Below are positions 49,294-53,492 of a DNA stretch of 53,492 bases, one piece after another. This stretch comes from Callorhinchus milii (Eukaryota), in assembly GCF_018977255.1 (NCBI RefSeq), contig NW_024705337.1, positions 1 through 53,492 on the forward strand, in the 5' to 3' direction. Both the position numbers and the translations under genes were made by a program. The notes beneath the pieces were generated by a model, which did no database searches, was not told the origin of the DNA, and worked only from the letters and a program-made list of their open reading frames with translations. Every line of letters starts with the position of its first letter. Positions within the stretch are counted from its first letter, which is position 1.

Positions 49294-51365
49294 CTGTGAA
49301 AAAGAGCTTCATAGCTCATCGGATTTCTCCAGTATAAATACACATTCTGATTCTGATACTCACAATTGGCATTGTCTTCATTTATATGCCTTGACGGAAG
49401 AGGCAGCCTTTAAAAAAACAAACAGCGCTTGGTTTTATCAAGCGCTGTTTGCAAATGAGGCGAGCGACTTGGCCTAAGGTGGGAATGTGATTGGCACTTG
49501 ATGCAGAGATTCGTGGTTTGAGCCACATGACCGTCCTGGTGAATACTGCGGATGTATTAAGCTGAACGATAGGCACTGTATATTTCAAAGTAGATGTAAA
49601 CAACAAAAAGATTCCGTTACTTAATCCGAAAAAGCGTAGGCCGTATGTGCCGGCATCATTGTCCATTTTTTTTTTTAATTTACAAATCTTAAACATTCCC
49701 CAAAAATTGGCTAAATTTGTAAATACATCGGAAGATCATATCTACCCTGCAAATACTTAGCAGGACCATTCTGAGAAAAAGAGTCATTGGGGGCGCAGTG
49801 AAGCTTTCCAGATTAAATTGATGTTCCAAATAATATACAATGTTCACAGCTGCCACGAAACTTTGTGCGGCTTGCAATGAGCCACGGTTGATCCTCAGTG
49901 ACGGAGCAGCAACAACAACAAACAAAAAATAATGTTTCCGAGTAGAAAACTGGGAGCATATTGACAGCTGCATAAATTCCAACCGACTGGTGTAAGGCAG
50001 AAGGAGACTGTAACTGGTGAGAACAATTGTGCTTTTTATTTTAGATACTAACCTCGGTTCAGCTTCACACCTGTGATAATTTGAGTGCAGGCATTTTGGC
50101 AATGTGCGAAACCGTTGTAAGTAGGATGTTATGGTGACGGTAATGGCTCCAACTCCCAAACCAAAGCGGTCGGGGTTGATTGCACAAGTGGAAAAGCAAA
50201 GACTCTCTAGATCTATGCTGCATTTATTTGCATCGTATGTAGCCGACCACCCTAATCGGAGGTGCCGGGGAAGGACAGCAAACTAAACACAAAAATCAGT
50301 TGTAAAGAAACGAGTTTTTCATCTTGATTTATATGTACAAAGCTCCAGTGGTTTCCGATTATCTGAAGCAAGAGCGTTCCAGACGGCCACAAAAGCGCAC
50401 CTGAAAGCGATGCAGTGACCACCGCCTTTGTTCGACGGCTGGACACCTGTCCAATGTGGGTTTGACTCTCTGGTAATGAGATGAAAAAGAAATCTCGTGA
50501 ACAAAACACGTGACTCTCGGGCTCCCTGCCGTGGTGGCCTCTCGTGACATCGAAACCCTTGATGGAATTACCTCCCTTCGCGGTACGAGAATCCCAAGAA
50601 CCGCGTGACCTACATTGCACTGTTGGGAGTTGCTCGATGTTTATCGTTTTGAGCCGGCGCAAGCAGAGGGATGAGAGATTGGCAAAGAGCAGCGCACACA
50701 GATGTCCTGTAGCCAGCAGCCCGGATTTGAGAGTCAAATTAGCAGCTTTCGTCTCTTGCAGAATCAGAATCTTGATTTGGACTGGAGGAATCCGATGACC
50801 TATGAAGTTAATATTCACAGATGTGCAGTGTGGACGGGTCAGCAAGTTATTTGTAGAACATACGTGTTGCGCGAGGCTGTGTTGACAACGGTGCATACGT
50901 ACAAATTATAGGGGTGGGGGGGAACTAACTCAAAACATTTGTCAATAACACTGCACTTAAAGGGAAAATATATAGATGTAACGGTTGGATGATGATAGTA
51001 ATTGCTGTTCTTCACGGCGCACAGAGATGAAATCTGCCATTTGTAAATGTGCTGCGAAGAGGGAGTTCATTGTCCCAAACGCGCTCATCATCTACGACGT
51101 TGCTTTTGGGAGCAGTGTCATAGAATGGAGAAAAAAAAACGTGTTGAGTTCTTGTTACTTATAGACAGATATTTCAGCAGCTACATAGCTGTTCGTTGAA
51201 ATTGACTTCATAATTCAACAAAATCGCGCCCAATTGTTATCGGTATCGTTTTGAGTAGTGGCGGGGGGGGGATTGTTGCGTAATTCTAATATTTGAATAC
51301 ATTCATCACGAATATTCATCCCTCTCACTCCGTCCCATCTCTCTGCCTCCCACCCCTCGCCACAA

Positions 51366-51652
51366 AGACAAAGGTCCCACGTGTAGCCTTAGCAGACTGT
51401 TGGGGCAAGCAAGTGCTGTTAGCGAGCACCTATGAAGGCCGGCATGGCACGCAAAGGCCAGCACCACGCCCGGCCGCCTTTGTATCCGAAGTGGCGATGT
51501 TTACAACCGCAATAGTTACTCATTTGAGGATGAGTCGACCTAGGGCAGGCCCAGGATCGGTTCAGATAATCATCACCGGTATTGGCCATGAGCGGGAATC
51601 AAACCCAGGTCGCCAGGTTCGTAGTGCAGAGCGCTACCCACTACACTATCCC
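51366..51652 (-). mobile_element. SINE family A
   Basis: Antisense core, tRNA-like head (gggtttgattccc B-box-like on the minus strand). Confidence 0.8.
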
Positions 51653-52537
51653 AGTCCCTCGCCCACCAACCCGCCAGTCCCATCTCTCACCTCTGCACTC
51701 TGTGACCATTTTTCTTATCATAATATTACTCCTTAAAAGATCCGACCTCACCTTTGAACATTTTAAGTAAATATACATTCACCAGAGCAGCGTTAACACT
51801 TCCTCATGCGCAAAAAATTCCAATAAAGCGATAATATTTTTTTAATTCCATAACCCTGATATAGCAAACGTTCAGCACCCACAAAAATAACTGCCCACGC
51901 TAATAAAACCTTTACATTACAGTCCTGTCACTCTTGACATGATTCTAATACGAAGTGTTCCAATACATAAGAGTGTCTGTCAAGCACGGTTCGTCCACTA
52001 GGGGCATTGGGACGCCGTCCCACCAAACGAAAATACTTACCTATAAATTGTTTTGCTGCGTTTATTAAAGTAAAATATAATGATTCTTTCAATGCGAATT
52101 GCCTAATGAAGATAACATTTGAAGTTGTTCACATTCGAAACCGCTGCAACACCACAGGCTGATTTGTGCCTCGGGGCGGCTGGCAAGGCGTCCCAGTGAG
52201 AGATTTCTCTTCAATTCTAGCATTGTAGCCACGCCGTTTGAGACATATTCAGGGCGGTGAAAAGGCGCCCGTGGCTTTAATAAGAGACGATGTCACGACG
52301 CGAGGTGGCACTGTGCAAATATAGCAGCTCACGGGCTTCTGGCAGTGTCAAAGTGGTTGTGTAGTGTGGACTTGAGGGTCATGGGGACAGCATTTGAGTG
52401 CGTTGTTGTTTTGTTTCGTATTTGTTTATAAATTCCTACCGTTGGTAGATAACACAGTTAAATCACTTTCACGGGAAGGCCAATGACATGAGGAGGTTTT
52501 TCTTAATTAGAACACCATATTTTCAGAGCTCACTCAC

Positions 52538-52656
52538 AACAGCCCCACTTAGTGGAAGTGTCACGAGCCGCCACTTGGTGTCGATGCACATCACCGAGGA
52601 AATAACACCGGGACTTGAAGACCCCCACATTGGGTCATGCAATGCATTACCACTCC
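52538..52656 (-). CDS. Candidate exon (119 nt), product unknown
   Basis: Acceptor tgtttgcttgtatag|, donor gtt|gtgagt, one open frame SGNALHDPMWGSSSPGVISSVMCIDTKWRLVTLPLSGAV. Confidence 0.22.
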
Positions 52657-52839
52657 CTATACAAGCAAACACATACGCGCACGTCCACAAACACACACAC
52701 GACGCACGCGAGAGACTTGTTACTTGAGTAATCATAAGCCGGTTGATTAAATAAATGTGTTGTATTTATATTGATTTAATTAGCACGCACGCTGCAGTAT
52801 TTAGATGCACGCTGCACGCGTGTATTTACGTACAAATAA

Positions 52840-53117
52840 AAAAACATCCCTCGGATAGACTTAACAGACTGTAGGGGCAAGTGCTGTTAGCGAGCACCTA
52901 TGAAGGCCGAAACGGCACACGAGGGAGCGGTTGGCCAGCACCACGCCCGGCCGCATTTGTCTCCCTAGTGGCGATGTTTACCCACCGCTTGAGGCCTAGC
53001 CGATCCAGGGGGAGGCCCAGGACCGGTTCAGATAATCCTCACCGGCGTTGGCCGTGAGCGGGAATCGCACACCCGGGTCGAAGGGTCAACGGCACAGAGC
53101 GCTGACCACCAACGCTG
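52840..53117 (-). mobile_element. SINE family A
   Basis: Antisense core and tRNA-like head; aligns by eye with 51366-51652 and 9383-9667. Confidence 0.8.
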
Positions 53118-53492
53118 CGTGAGGACACCACGCGCGCTCGCACGCACGCACAGCGACTGCGACCCCTCTTCTTCATCTTTGTTGTTGTTGCTTCGTTTCA
53201 AACATCCCGTTGGCGAGACATGCGAGAGCGCCCCAGCCTGCCGTGTAAGCAGGCTGCGTTTCCCATTATTCCATCTAACCCCCCCCCAACCCCTTTTTCT
53301 TGGTCTCCTCTCCCGATCAGTAGCTCAGAGAGAACAGCGCTGGGCACAGCTAATTCGCCACTTACATTCTTCCCCACATGTCCGCGCGTCGCGGTGGCGC
53401 GCGGCACGCGTGAAATCAACGTCTGGCTGAAATGGCAGCCTTGGTTAATCTTGCAGGGAGCCAGCACAAGAATACTAATGTGACCTCCGGCG

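Noticed and set aside
50252..50896. 214-aa minus-strand ORF
   Set aside because: No recognisable domain, non-ATG start, and no convincing splice boundaries in frame.

Overview
Eukaryotic genomic DNA in three parts. The flanks look vertebrate; lamprey-like is an inference from the V-SINE and Penelope content and the lack of visible CpG depletion. (1) 1-13167 is repeat-rich DNA with about 12 candidate minus-strand exons of a spectrin-repeat protein gene. Nearly all are broken by small frameshifts, so this is either a pseudogene or an unpolished long-read consensus. The introns contain SINEs, two hAT MITEs and many non-autonomous Penelope-like (PLE) inserts. (2) After a 30-N gap, ~13207-42186 (~29 kb) is featureless, random-looking sequence with no repeats, no credible ORFs and no resemblance to the flanks. 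I consider it probably shuffled, synthetic or artefactual and found no biological system in it. (3) 42187-53492 has an 18-bp palindromic minisatellite followed by the same repeat families as part 1. The best real structure is a set of about 10 fold-back PLE elements from two families: inverted pLTR arms with 3' ends outward, one arm ~30-40 nt longer than the other, ~12-bp target-site duplications, and minimal type I hammerhead ribozymes with covarying stem II. All was read by eye; no database searches were run.
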